Assembly: GCA_965662235.1 (NCBI GenBank) | Contig: CBFIGY010000014.1 | Coordinates: 10,780 to 74,779 of the forward strand | Source: an uncultured bacterium | Lineage (GTDB): Bacteria > SAR324 > NAC60-12 | Direction: 5' to 3' | Length of the DNA stretch: 64,000 nt | In this document: piece after piece, positions 28,247 through 37,409 of the stretch | How the letters are laid out: each line of letters starts with the position of its first letter | How positions within the stretch are numbered: the first letter of the stretch is position 1 | Made by a program: the position numbers and the translations under genes | The notes under the pieces: generated by a model | The model's input: the letters and a program-made list of their open reading frames with translations, nothing else | What the model was told of the DNA's origin: nothing | Database searches by the model: none

Positions 28247-29101
28247 ATGAAGAAGTTGATGATCAGCGCCCTCAGCCTCCTGTTGGTGGGAGGAGGAGTG
28301 GTCTCAAACGTCTGGGCCGAAGCCAACCCAGAAGAAGACCGCCAGCACTTTGTGCAGTACTTTCAGCAGCGGTTCCCAGAAATTGCGATGGAAGACTACG
28401 TTGATGGCGCCTACGCTCTGCCGGTGAATGCTGCCGGTCGCGAGGAGTGGCTGACCATTGAGGAGTTCCCTCCGTATGAGCTCGCCCTCGGCGAGGGTGA
28501 GGAGCTCTGGAACACCCCTTTCCAGAACGGAAAGACGTACCAGGACTGCTTCCCCTACGCTCTGGAAGACGGCATCAAGCAGCACTACCCGCAGTGGAGT
28601 GAAGAGCGCCAGATGGTCGTTACCCTTGAGCTGGCGCTGAACGAGTGCCGAGAGGCAAACGGAGAGAAGCCGTTTGGCTGGAAGAAGGGCAAGATCGCCT
28701 CCCTGAGCGCCTACGTGGGCTTCATGTCCCGAGGCAAGGTTCAGAATATGGAAGCCCCCAGCACACCAGGCGCGCTGGCAGCGTATGAAGCAGGCAGGCA
28801 CCACTACTACGCCAAGCGGGGCCAGCTCAACATGTCCTGTGCCGACTGCCACGTCTATAACTCCGGCATGCGGGTGCGTTCGGAGACCCTCAGTCCTTCC
28901 CTTGGTCACACCACGCACTTCCCGGTGTACCGGTCCAAGTGGGGCGCCATGGGAACCCTGCACCGTCGTTTCGGAGGCTGCAACGAGCAGGTCCGAGCCA
29001 AGTCCTTCAAAGCGCAAGGTCCAGAGTACCGCAACCTGGAATACTTCCTTGCTTACATGAGTAACGGCATGGCGATCAACTCGCCCGGAGCCCGTAAATA
29101 A
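28247..29101 (+). CDS. soxA: SoxA (monoheme, type III-like)
   Basis: FPPYE, one intact heme site CADCH, FPVYRSKWG and GCNEQVRA with the active-site Cys. The first heme site is degenerate (YQDCF). Confidence 0.96.
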   Translation: MKKLMISALSLLLVGGGVVSNVWAEANPEEDRQHFVQYFQQRFPEIAMEDYVDGAYALPVNAAGREEWLTIEEFPPYELALGEGEELWNTPFQNGKTYQDCFPYALEDGIKQHYPQWSEERQMVVTLELALNECREANGEKPFGWKKGKIASLSAYVGFMSRGKVQNMEAPSTPGALAAYEAGRHHYYAKRGQLNMSCADCHVYNSGMRVRSETLSPSLGHTTHFPVYRSKWGAMGTLHRRFGGCNEQVRAKSFKAQGPEYRNLEYFLAYMSNGMAINSPGARK

Positions 29102-29112
29102 GGAGGTTTCTG

Positions 29113-29415
29113 ATGAAAAAACTCACCCTTTTGCTGGGAGCGGCCCTCCTCACATCCGGAGTGGCGTTTGCCCAGTGCAACCAAGACACCTACAAGCAGT
29201 ACCGGGCAGAAGCCGAAGCCTCTCGCAAAAAGGCCGCTTCGGTCGGTGGCGAGTGGTGGATGGCCACGCTCCCTAACCCCATGAAGGACGCTGAAAAAGC
29301 AGCCAAAGCAGGCAAGTACGAAGAAGCCTGCGAGTTGGTCATCATGGTCCGAGACTGGGGCGAGCTGGGTTATGCCCAGGCCATGAGCCAAAAGGATGCG
29401 GGTCCCCGCTTCTAA
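29113..29415 (+). CDS. soxK: SoxK (SoxAX-binding protein)
   Basis: 100-aa secreted helical protein between soxA and soxB with KKAASVGGEW and a C-terminal QA-x2-QKDAGP. Confidence 0.8.
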   Translation: MKKLTLLLGAALLTSGVAFAQCNQDTYKQYRAEAEASRKKAASVGGEWWMATLPNPMKDAEKAAKAGKYEEACELVIMVRDWGELGYAQAMSQKDAGPRF

Positions 29416-29423
29416 GTTCCTTA

Positions 29424-29453
29424 AGAGGCTCCTTCCCCCACGAAGGGGCCTCT
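29424..29453 (+). other. Intergenic stem-loop between soxK and soxB
   Basis: AGAGGCTCCTTC-N6-GAAGGGGCCTCT, a 12-bp stem with one G-U pair. Confidence 0.6.
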
Positions 29454-29488
29454 CCCCAACCGTTACAACTTCCATACTGTTTTCGTCT

Positions 29489-31198
29489 ATGCATTTGTCG
29501 CGAAGGGAGTTCATGGGACTTCTGAGCGCTGCAGCCGTCGCAGGGGTGACCCCCTGGAGGCTTCAGGCTCAGGAAAACCCTTATGATTTCAAGCCGTTTG
29601 GCAACGTCTCCCTCCTCCATTACACCGACTGCCACGCTCAGCTCCTGCCCATCTACTTCCGGGAGCCCAACATCAATCTCGGCATTGCGGGCATGCGGGG
29701 CAATCCCCCTCACCTCGTCGGGGAACAGTTCCTCAAGCACTACGGCATTCCGAAGGGCTCGCTGGAGGCTCACGCCTTCACCTACCTCGACTTTGCAAAG
29801 GCTGCAGAACAGTTTGGAAAGGTCGGGGGCTTTGCTCACCTCAAGACCCTAGTGGATCAGGTCCGGGCCGACCGTCCGGGCGCCCTGTTGCTTGACGGGG
29901 GCGACACGTGGCAGGGTTCTGCCACCTCGCTGTGGACCAATGCCCAGGACATGGTGGATGCCCAAAAACGCTTGGGCGTCAACGTGATGACCGGGCACTG
30001 GGAGTTCACCTTTGGCGATGCCCGTGTGACCGAAATCATTGAAAACGACTTTGCGGAAGCCGGCATCGACTTTGTCGCCCAAAACGTCGTGGACACCGCC
30101 TTTGAAGACCCCGTCTTCACCCCATACGTCATCCGGGAGATCAACGGAACCGCGGTGGCCATTGTCGGTCAGGCCTTCCCCTACACCCCCATTGCCAACC
30201 CGCGCTACATGGTCCCCGAGTGGTCCTTTGGCATCCGGGACGACCGCATGCAGGAGATGGTGGACCAGGCCCGCGACGAAGGCGCCGAGGTCGTGGTTGT
30301 GCTTTCCCACAACGGCATGGACGTGGACCTGAAGATGGCCAGCCGAGTCACCGGAGTGGACGCCATCATGGGCGGGCACACACACGACGCCGTTCCACGG
30401 GCCATTGAAGTGGAAAACGCCGGAGGCAAGACTCTGGTGATCAACTCCGGATCCAACAGCAAGTTCCTCTCGGTCCTCGACCTCGACGTCCGGGACGGTC
30501 AGATTCGGGGCTACCAGTATAAGCTGCTCCCGGTCTTCTCCGACCTGCTTCCTGCCGACGCCGGCATGCAGTCCTTCATTCAGGAGGTCCGGGCCCCTTA
30601 CGTCGACAAGCTCAATGAGGAACTCGCCGTCACAGAAGAACTGCTCTACCGGCGAGGGAACTTCAACGGGACCTTCGACCAGCTCATCTGTGATGCCTTG
30701 ATGGAAGAACTGGATGCTCCCATTTCCTTCTCCCCAGGGTTCCGGTGGGGCGTGAGCGTGCTTCCGGGGCAGCCCATCACCTTTGACAACCTCATGACCC
30801 AGACCTCCATGACGTATCCGACGGTGACGCGGAACCTCATCTCAGGAGAGCAGCTCAAGGTCATTCTGGAAGACGTCGCCGACAACCTCTTCAATGAAGA
30901 CCCCTACTACCAGCAAGGGGGAGACATGGTCCGCGTTGGAGGCCTGCAGTACTCCATTGACCCCGCAGCCCCCATGGGACAACGCATTGACGCCATGGAG
31001 CTCAACGGCAAGCCCATTGACGCGTCCAAGGAGTACCCGGTGGGCGGATGGGCCAGTGTTGCACAGCCGCTGGAGGGAGAGCCCGTGTGGGACCTTGTTG
31101 CCCGGAACCTCAGGGCCAAGAAGGTCATCACCAACCTCTCCACCAACGTCCCGACCCTCAAGGGGGTCCGCAGCAACCCGGGCCTGGCCCCGCTTTGA
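29489..31198 (+). CDS. soxB: Thiosulfohydrolase SoxB
   Basis: Tat signal SRREF, HYTDCHAQL, DGGDTWQG, GHWEF, LSHNG, GGHTH, YRRGNFNG and DPYYQQGGDM. Confidence 0.97.
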   Translation: MHLSRREFMGLLSAAAVAGVTPWRLQAQENPYDFKPFGNVSLLHYTDCHAQLLPIYFREPNINLGIAGMRGNPPHLVGEQFLKHYGIPKGSLEAHAFTYLDFAKAAEQFGKVGGFAHLKTLVDQVRADRPGALLLDGGDTWQGSATSLWTNAQDMVDAQKRLGVNVMTGHWEFTFGDARVTEIIENDFAEAGIDFVAQNVVDTAFEDPVFTPYVIREINGTAVAIVGQAFPYTPIANPRYMVPEWSFGIRDDRMQEMVDQARDEGAEVVVVLSHNGMDVDLKMASRVTGVDAIMGGHTHDAVPRAIEVENAGGKTLVINSGSNSKFLSVLDLDVRDGQIRGYQYKLLPVFSDLLPADAGMQSFIQEVRAPYVDKLNEELAVTEELLYRRGNFNGTFDQLICDALMEELDAPISFSPGFRWGVSVLPGQPITFDNLMTQTSMTYPTVTRNLISGEQLKVILEDVADNLFNEDPYYQQGGDMVRVGGLQYSIDPAAPMGQRIDAMELNGKPIDASKEYPVGGWASVAQPLEGEPVWDLVARNLRAKKVITNLSTNVPTLKGVRSNPGLAPL

Positions 31199-31256
31199 TT
31201 CGCCTTAATGCAACTGGCGGGAGTGGTTCCCGCCCCACTCAACCTTAGGAGAGCTC

Positions 31257-32663
31257 ATGAAGGAGATTCGTCCGGAAGAGGAACAGCAGATCAACCAGGA
31301 GTATGCCGACCTGCTCAATCGGCGTAAGTTCTTCAAACAGGCCCTTGCCACCGGAGGTGCTTTGGCCGCAGGGGCTTCCACGGTGATGGCCGAGGCCCAG
31401 ACCCGCAACCTGCCACCCAACGTCCCGGAATGGTCCCAACACCTGGGCCCCGGAGTCACTTCCCGCGGCTACGGCATTCCCTCGGAGTTTGAAGCACACG
31501 TGCACCGAGGCAACGTCAGCTGGCTGACCGCCTCTCCCAACTCCTCCATCAGCTTCACTCCGTTGCAGCACCTCCAGGGCATCATCACCCCGAACGGCCT
31601 GCACTTTGAGCGACACCACGGCGGCATGCCCACGATCAGTCCGGAGGAGCACCGGCTGGTGATCCACGGCGGCAACGATGCCGATGGCACCCCGCTGCTG
31701 AAGCGTCCGCTGTCCTTTACCATGGACGACCTCAAGCGTTTCCCCAGCGAAAGCCACATCCGCTTCATTGAGTGCCCGGCCAACAGCGGCATGGAGTGGA
31801 AGGGGGTGCAGATGGACTCCGTGCAGTTCACCCACGGCATGATCAGCTGCTGCGAGTGGACCGGGGTTAAGGTTTCCACCCTCCTCGAAGAGGTCGGCAT
31901 CAACCCGAACCTTGTCAAGCGAGCGCTCTATGCGCAGTCCAAGACCGCCCCAGAGCTGGCAGCAGAAGGCCTTGATGCCGCCAACGGCGCTTGGTGTCTC
32001 GCGGAAGGAGCCGATGCGGGGGCCATGGACCGCAGCATCCCGCTCTGGAAGCTGCTCGATGACGCCATGATCGTCTATGCCCAAAACGGCGAGGCGCTCC
32101 GTCCGGAACAGGGTTACCCCATCCGCCTGCTGGTTCCTGGCTTTGAGGGGAACATGAACATCAAGTGGATCCGCCGCCTCAAGCTCGGCATCCACCCGTG
32201 GCGCACCCGTGAGGAGACCTCAAAGTACACCGACCTGCTCAGCGAAGGGCAGGCCCGGGAGTTCACTTGGGTGCAGGATACCAACTCCGTGATCACCTTC
32301 CCCTCGGTGGGACAGCACCTCGACCGTCCCGGACGCTATGAGCTGAGCGGACTCGCCTGGACCGGCCGGGGCTTCATCAAGCGTGTGGATGTCTCACTGG
32401 ATGGCGGACGCAACTGGACCGAGGCCACGCTGCAGGAGCCGGTGCTCTCCAAGTGCCTCACCCGCTTCCGCATGCCGTTTGAGTGGAAACCCGGCATGGA
32501 GATGATGCTCCAGAGCCGCGCCATGGACAGCACCGGATTTGTGCAACCCACCCTCGCCCAGCTCCGAGACGCCCGTGGCGTGAACTCGATCTACCACAAA
32601 AACGCGATCTACACCTGGAAACTCGACGGAAAAGGAGACCTGTACAATGTTCAGATGGGCTGA
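31257..32663 (+). CDS. soxC: Sulfane dehydrogenase molybdoprotein SoxC
   Basis: Tat signal NRRKFF, GIITPNGLHFERHH, Mo-ligand Cys in FIECPANSG, QNGEALRPEQGYP and VDVSLDGG. Confidence 0.95.
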   Translation: MKEIRPEEEQQINQEYADLLNRRKFFKQALATGGALAAGASTVMAEAQTRNLPPNVPEWSQHLGPGVTSRGYGIPSEFEAHVHRGNVSWLTASPNSSISFTPLQHLQGIITPNGLHFERHHGGMPTISPEEHRLVIHGGNDADGTPLLKRPLSFTMDDLKRFPSESHIRFIECPANSGMEWKGVQMDSVQFTHGMISCCEWTGVKVSTLLEEVGINPNLVKRALYAQSKTAPELAAEGLDAANGAWCLAEGADAGAMDRSIPLWKLLDDAMIVYAQNGEALRPEQGYPIRLLVPGFEGNMNIKWIRRLKLGIHPWRTREETSKYTDLLSEGQAREFTWVQDTNSVITFPSVGQHLDRPGRYELSGLAWTGRGFIKRVDVSLDGGRNWTEATLQEPVLSKCLTRFRMPFEWKPGMEMMLQSRAMDSTGFVQPTLAQLRDARGVNSIYHKNAIYTWKLDGKGDLYNVQMG

Positions 32664-33261
32664 TTTCTTCAAAAAGTCCCTCCTCGCCGGGACCCTGTTG
32701 GGAATGGCGAGCACGGTCTCTGCCGGCGATGGACTGGTTTACGGAATTGGGAGCGCCATCTCCCCTCAGGAACTCGCAGGCTGGGACATCAGCATCAACG
32801 AGGTTGGAGAGGAGCTGCCTGCAGGGGTGACCACGCCAGAGGCAGGTGAGTCCCTGTACATCATGAAGTGCGCTCAGTGCCATGGGGAATTCGGAGAAGC
32901 CGTTGGGCGCTGGCCGGTGTTGGCCGCTCCTGGAGCTGAAGAGACCCTGAACACCCTGGAGCCCACCAAGACCGTGGGCAGCTACTGGCCCTATGCCACC
33001 ACCCTGTTCAGCTACATCCGCCGGGCAATGCCGTTCTATGAGCCGCAGTCGCTCACGGTGGAAGAGACCTACGCCATCACCGCGTACGTCCTCTACCTGA
33101 ACTACCTGCTGGAGTACGATGAGGAACTCGACCGCGACAAGCTCATCTCTCTGGAAATGCCGAACCGCGACAACTTCATTCCGGACAACCGCCCAGACAC
33201 ACAGAATGTGGCCTGCATGAGCAACTGTCCGGAGATGAAACCGCTGCCGGTGATTCGGTAA
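32647..33261 (+). CDS. soxD: Cytochrome c SoxD (monoheme)
   Basis: WDI...LPAG, CAQCH, TVGSYWPYATT, YIRRAMP and MPNRD motifs; overlaps the end of soxC. Confidence 0.94.
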   Translation: MFRWADFFKKSLLAGTLLGMASTVSAGDGLVYGIGSAISPQELAGWDISINEVGEELPAGVTTPEAGESLYIMKCAQCHGEFGEAVGRWPVLAAPGAEETLNTLEPTKTVGSYWPYATTLFSYIRRAMPFYEPQSLTVEETYAITAYVLYLNYLLEYDEELDRDKLISLEMPNRDNFIPDNRPDTQNVACMSNCPEMKPLPVIR

Positions 33262-33297
33262 TTCACACTCAAACGCTGACTCTTACACGTGACAGTC

Positions 33298-33336
33298 GGG
33301 CCTTGTCCCGTCCTTTGGGGCCACCGGCCCTTTTTT
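33298..33336 (+). terminator. Possible intrinsic terminator between soxD and fccA
   Basis: Imperfect GC hairpin closed by GGGCC/GGCCC and followed by TTTTTT. Confidence 0.45.
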
Positions 33337-33361
33337 CTCAAAACCCGCCATTTGGGAGGTC

Positions 33362-33682
33362 ATGATGAAGCATTTTTTGAGGAAGCCTCTGCTGGGCGCC
33401 CTGCTAGTGGGCGCGGGCCTGAGTCTCGCCACAGCGGCACAAGCAAATGACAAACGCGGCATGGTGCTCGCGCTGTCGTGCGCTTCGTGCCACGGGACCA
33501 ACGGCAACAGTCCGGGCTCCATCCCTGCAATTGCTGGCAAGTCTGCTAGCTACATTGAGAGCGCCATGAAGCAGTTCCGCAGCGAAGAACGCTACGCGAC
33601 CGTCATGAATCGAATTGCCAAAGGGTACACGGATGAGGAGATCAAGCTCCTCGCCGAGCACCTGGGCAACCAAAAGAATTAA
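33362..33682 (+). CDS. fccA: Monoheme cytochrome c subunit of flavocytochrome c sulfide dehydrogenase
   Basis: Signal peptide, CASCHGT-x-G, IP-x-IAG and [10 protein letters not shown]; lies directly upstream of fccB. Confidence 0.85.
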   Translation: MMKHFLRKPLLGALLVGAGLSLATAAQANDKRGMVLALSCASCHGTNGNSPGSIPAIAGKSASYIESAMKQFRSEERYATVMNRIAKGYTDEEIKLLAEHLGNQKN

Positions 33683-33691
33683 GGAGGCACC

Positions 33692-34972
33692 ATGCAGGTA
33701 ACCCGAAGACAGTTCAGCAAACTCTTTCTGGCGGCCGGAGCCAGCACCCTAGCCGGTTGCAACGTGGGCTCACAGGCCCGTGTCAGTGCCTCCAGCGCCC
33801 GCGTGGTCGTGGTCGGAGGTGGTTTTGGAGGAGCCACCGCAGCCAAGTACCTCAAGATGATGGACAACTCCCTAGAGGTGACTCTGGTGGAGCCCAACAA
33901 GACCTTCTACACCTGCCCGTTCAGCAACCTGGTGCTGGGAGGCCTCAAGCAGATGGACGACATCGCTCACAGCTACACCAAGCTGGAAAGCCTCTATGGC
34001 GTCAAGGTTGTCCACGCCCGGGCCTCCAAAGTGGAAGCCGACGCGGTGGTGCTCGCCGATGGGTCCCGAATTCCATTCGACCGCGCCGTCGTCTCCCCCG
34101 GGGTCGATGTCCGGTACGACAAGATGCCCGGACACAGCCCTGACGTCGAAGAAAAGATGCCTCACGCCTGGAAGGCCGGTCCTCAGACGGTTCAGCTGCG
34201 CAAGCAACTTGAAGCCATGCCTGACGGAGGCACCGTGGTGATCTGTCCTCCCGCCAACCCGTTCCGCTGTCCTCCCGGACCCTATGAGCGGGCCAGCATG
34301 ATGGCGCACTACCTCTCTCAGAACAAACCCAAGTCCAAGGTCCTCATCTTGGACATGAAGGAAAAGTTCTCCAAGCAGCCCCTCTTTACCGATGGCTGGA
34401 ACCTTCACTACCGGGATCTCATTGAGTGGCGCCAAGGCAGCGCCGGTGGTCAGGTTCTGCAGATTGATGCCAAGAACATGCAGGTTGAGACCGATTTTGG
34501 CTGGGAGAAGGGGGACGTGATCAACTTCATCCCAGCTCAGTGGGCAGGAAAGATTGCTCGTGACTCCGGACTGACCAATGAAGCCGGCTGGTGCCCGGTC
34601 AATCAGATCACCTTTGAGTCAGAGGTGATGCCCAAGGTGCACGTCATCGGCGATGCCAGCATCGCGGGCGCCATGCCGAAGTCGGGCTTCTCGGCCAACA
34701 GCCAGGCCAAGGTCTGTGCCGCGGCCATCGTTTCGATGCTGCGGGGCGAAGACCCGGTGGCTCCTTCGTTTGCCAACACCTGCTACAGTTTGGTGACTCC
34801 CAACTACAGCATCTCCGTTGCGGCGGTGTACCGCTTCAACGACGGCAAGATTGCCGGTGTGCAGGGAGCCGGGGGCGTGAGTCCTAAAAACGCCGATGCT
34901 GCGGCACGGGCCCAGGAAGCGGTCTACGCTCAGGGGTGGTACGACAGCATCACTCAGGACATGTTTGCCTGA
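33692..34972 (+). CDS. fccB: Flavocytochrome c sulfide dehydrogenase flavoprotein (FccB/SoxF)
   Basis: Tat signal TRRQF, GGGFGG, YTCPFSN (FAD-linking Cys), [23 protein letters not shown] and NTCYS. Confidence 0.95.
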   Translation: MQVTRRQFSKLFLAAGASTLAGCNVGSQARVSASSARVVVVGGGFGGATAAKYLKMMDNSLEVTLVEPNKTFYTCPFSNLVLGGLKQMDDIAHSYTKLESLYGVKVVHARASKVEADAVVLADGSRIPFDRAVVSPGVDVRYDKMPGHSPDVEEKMPHAWKAGPQTVQLRKQLEAMPDGGTVVICPPANPFRCPPGPYERASMMAHYLSQNKPKSKVLILDMKEKFSKQPLFTDGWNLHYRDLIEWRQGSAGGQVLQIDAKNMQVETDFGWEKGDVINFIPAQWAGKIARDSGLTNEAGWCPVNQITFESEVMPKVHVIGDASIAGAMPKSGFSANSQAKVCAAAIVSMLRGEDPVAPSFANTCYSLVTPNYSISVAAVYRFNDGKIAGVQGAGGVSPKNADAAARAQEAVYAQGWYDSITQDMFA

Positions 34973-34980
34973 GCAGATCC

Positions 34981-35001
34981 GGGGCCGGACCTTCTGGCCC
35001 C
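34981..35001 (+). other. Intergenic stem-loop after fccB
   Basis: GGGGCCGGA-CCT-TCTGGCCCC, a 9-bp stem with one G-U pair. Confidence 0.5.
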
Positions 35002-35039
35002 ACTTGATTCCAATTGATTGAGACAACCAAGGAGAGACA

Positions 35040-35681
35040 ATGCAGACATTGAGGCATTGGGGAGTACTGCTGCTGACCAGCCTGGCGCTGACCACCACCG
35101 TCTGGGCCAAAGGTGACCCGGAACGTGGACAGTGGCACTATGCCACCTGTGGCGGCTGCCATGCATCCAATGGTAACGGCATGCCGAAGCTTCAGAGCCC
35201 TTCTCTCGCCGGACAGGAAGCCTGGTACCTCAAGCGCCAGATCCTCAACTTCAAGAAAGGCATCCGTGGCGCTCACCCGGATGATGAGCTGGGGCAGTGG
35301 ATGCGTCCCATGGCCAACATGCTCATCGACGAACAGGTCGTGGATGACGTCGTCGCCTACCTGACGTCCCTTGAGGCCTACAATCCTCCCAAGACCATTG
35401 AAGGGGACCTGGACGTGGGCCAGCAGGCCTATGACGCCAGCTGTGCCTCCTGCCACGGATCCGAAGGCGAGGGCAACTTCAATCTGCAAGCCCCCCGCAT
35501 TGCCGGGCAGCAGGACTGGTACGTGGTTCGTCAGCTCAAGAACTTCTACACAGGCGTCCGCGGCGCTCACCCGGAAGACAAGTACGGGTCCATGATGCGC
35601 GGCATCTCCCTGACCCTTCCCGACGAGCAGGTGATCAACAGCATCGCCGCCTACGTTGCCACCTTTGAGCGCAAGCTCTGA
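35040..35681 (+). CDS. Diheme cytochrome c4/c553
   Basis: Signal peptide and two heme sites (CGGCH, CASCH), each followed by P-x-(L/I)AGQ-x2-WY-x2-RQ. Confidence 0.93.
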   Translation: MQTLRHWGVLLLTSLALTTTVWAKGDPERGQWHYATCGGCHASNGNGMPKLQSPSLAGQEAWYLKRQILNFKKGIRGAHPDDELGQWMRPMANMLIDEQVVDDVVAYLTSLEAYNPPKTIEGDLDVGQQAYDASCASCHGSEGEGNFNLQAPRIAGQQDWYVVRQLKNFYTGVRGAHPEDKYGSMMRGISLTLPDEQVINSIAAYVATFERKL

Positions 35682-35698
35682 CCCCGTCAGGAGGGTGA

Positions 35699-36172
35699 AT
35701 GGTTCGCGTTTTAATCCTCCTTGCTCTCCTCCTCCCGCCTGGGCTGGCCTGGGCGGAGTCCCTCCCGTCGGTTCAGGACCTGGCGGCAGATGCGGCCACA
35801 ATGCGCCGTGAGAAAGCGGTGCTGCTGCTCGTCTTCACTGAAGAGTACTGCCCCTACTGCCACCGCCTGAAACAGGGCTACCTCCTTCCCATGGAACGCA
35901 ACGGCGACCATGCCGACCGGCTCCTCATCCGGGAGGTGCCCCGAGACCACCCCACTCAGTCTCTGCAGGACTTTGACGGCTCTGCTCAAAACGTCCGGAC
36001 CCTCACAGAGCGCTACAACATCTCCTTGGTGCCAACCATGCTCTTCTTGGGTCCCAACGGCGAGGAACTCGTGGATCGGTTTGTCGGACTTGGGCCAGAA
36101 GACTTTTTCGGGTACTACCTCAATGAAGCCATCGACCGCGCTCACCAGCGTTTGATCGCCAACGAGGGCTAA
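35699..36172 (+). CDS. Periplasmic thioredoxin-fold protein (SoxW/SoxS-like)
   Basis: Signal peptide, CPYC and cis-Pro motif VPT; AGGAGG RBS. Confidence 0.85.
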   Translation: MVRVLILLALLLPPGLAWAESLPSVQDLAADAATMRREKAVLLLVFTEEYCPYCHRLKQGYLLPMERNGDHADRLLIREVPRDHPTQSLQDFDGSAQNVRTLTERYNISLVPTMLFLGPNGEELVDRFVGLGPEDFFGYYLNEAIDRAHQRLIANEG

Positions 36173-36209
36173 CGCCCGTCTGGCACCCACGGGTGCTCCA
36201 CCGGCTTTT

Positions 36210-37409
36210 GTGTTTTCAGGAGGGTTCATCCTCGCACGCTTTCTCTTCCTCAACCTCTGCGTCAGCCTCTTCACCGGCCCCATCAACGCCCTGCTGCCGA
36301 TCTATGTAGAGTCGGAGCTCCAGGCGCCGCCCTTGGTTTCAGCAGGCCTCAATTCGGTTTTCCTCATCCTCGGAGGCCTCTCTGCGGTTCCAGCAGGACG
36401 CCTCTGCGACCGCTGGGGGCTCAAGCCCATGTTTGTGCTGGGCACCTCCGGAAGCCTTTTGGGCGCCCTGCTCTTTCTCCAAACAGAGCCCCTCTTCCTG
36501 CTGCCCCTGAGCATCGGTTTTGGCCTAGGAACCGGCTTCCTTGTCACCTCCGGACACGCCTACCTGATGCACAGCGTCCCAGACGCACAGCTCAGCAGCC
36601 GTTCCGCCTACTACTTCCTCGGCATGACCCTGGGCACCTCGCTGGGAAACTTCTTGGCTGGACCCGTAGTGGAGCATTTCGGATTTGCCACACTGGGGGA
36701 GGGGTTGCTGATTGGACTGATTGGACTGCTGATCGCCATCGGACGCCTGCTCCCGGAGCCCGAACGCGTTGAGTCTCCGTCGGAAACATCAGTGGATCCG
36801 GCTCCTGCTCTGCTGAAGCGCCGGTCGGTGCAGCTCATCCTGGCAGTCCGGTTTCTGCCCACCTGCTACTGGGGCACCGCGACCCTGCTGCTGCCGTTGC
36901 TGATCTTTCGGGCCACAGACTCCGTGGCCTGGTCAGCCAGCTACGTTTCCGTCAGCCTAGTGCTTGCTGCGTCCGGGCAGGTGCTCATTGGCAAGTGGGC
37001 GGACCGGGTGGGCCCCAAGCGTCCGACGCTGCTGTCGAGTGTGGGGGTGGCGGTTTGTTCCGGGGGGGCCGGTTTCTTCACAGATTCCCTGGCGGGGCTC
37101 TTTCTCTTCGGCACCGGAGGAGCTGTGTGCGCTTGGGGCGTCTCCACCATGCTCCCACGCCTGATGAACGCGGTCGCTGGACCTGCGGAAAAGGCCCAGG
37201 TGGTGGGCTGGTCTCACCTTGCCTGGAGCCTCGCCATGGTCACCGGGAACCTCTGGGGAGGATATGCCGTGGAGCAGCACACCGGGCTGCCGTTCTTCTT
37301 GGTGTTCTGGGGGTGCTTGGCAACGGTCTTTGCCTTTTCTTGGCTCTTCCGGGAACTGGACCGCACTCAGTCAAAGGCCAACGCCGAGACCGTTGCCCCC
37401 ATCACCTGA
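36210..37409 (+). CDS. MFS transporter
   Basis: About 12 TM helices; motif A in both halves (GRLCDRWGLK, GKWADRVGPK). Confidence 0.88.
   Translation: MFSGGFILARFLFLNLCVSLFTGPINALLPIYVESELQAPPLVSAGLNSVFLILGGLSAVPAGRLCDRWGLKPMFVLGTSGSLLGALLFLQTEPLFLLPLSIGFGLGTGFLVTSGHAYLMHSVPDAQLSSRSAYYFLGMTLGTSLGNFLAGPVVEHFGFATLGEGLLIGLIGLLIAIGRLLPEPERVESPSETSVDPAPALLKRRSVQLILAVRFLPTCYWGTATLLLPLLIFRATDSVAWSASYVSVSLVLAASGQVLIGKWADRVGPKRPTLLSSVGVAVCSGGAGFFTDSLAGLFLFGTGGAVCAWGVSTMLPRLMNAVAGPAEKAQVVGWSHLAWSLAMVTGNLWGGYAVEQHTGLPFFLVFWGCLATVFAFSWLFRELDRTQSKANAETVAPIT

Noticed and set aside
28500..28560. soxA pseudogenisation through loss of the first CxxCH
   Set aside because: Monoheme SoxA proteins normally lack this heme site, and the ORF and catalytic motifs are intact.
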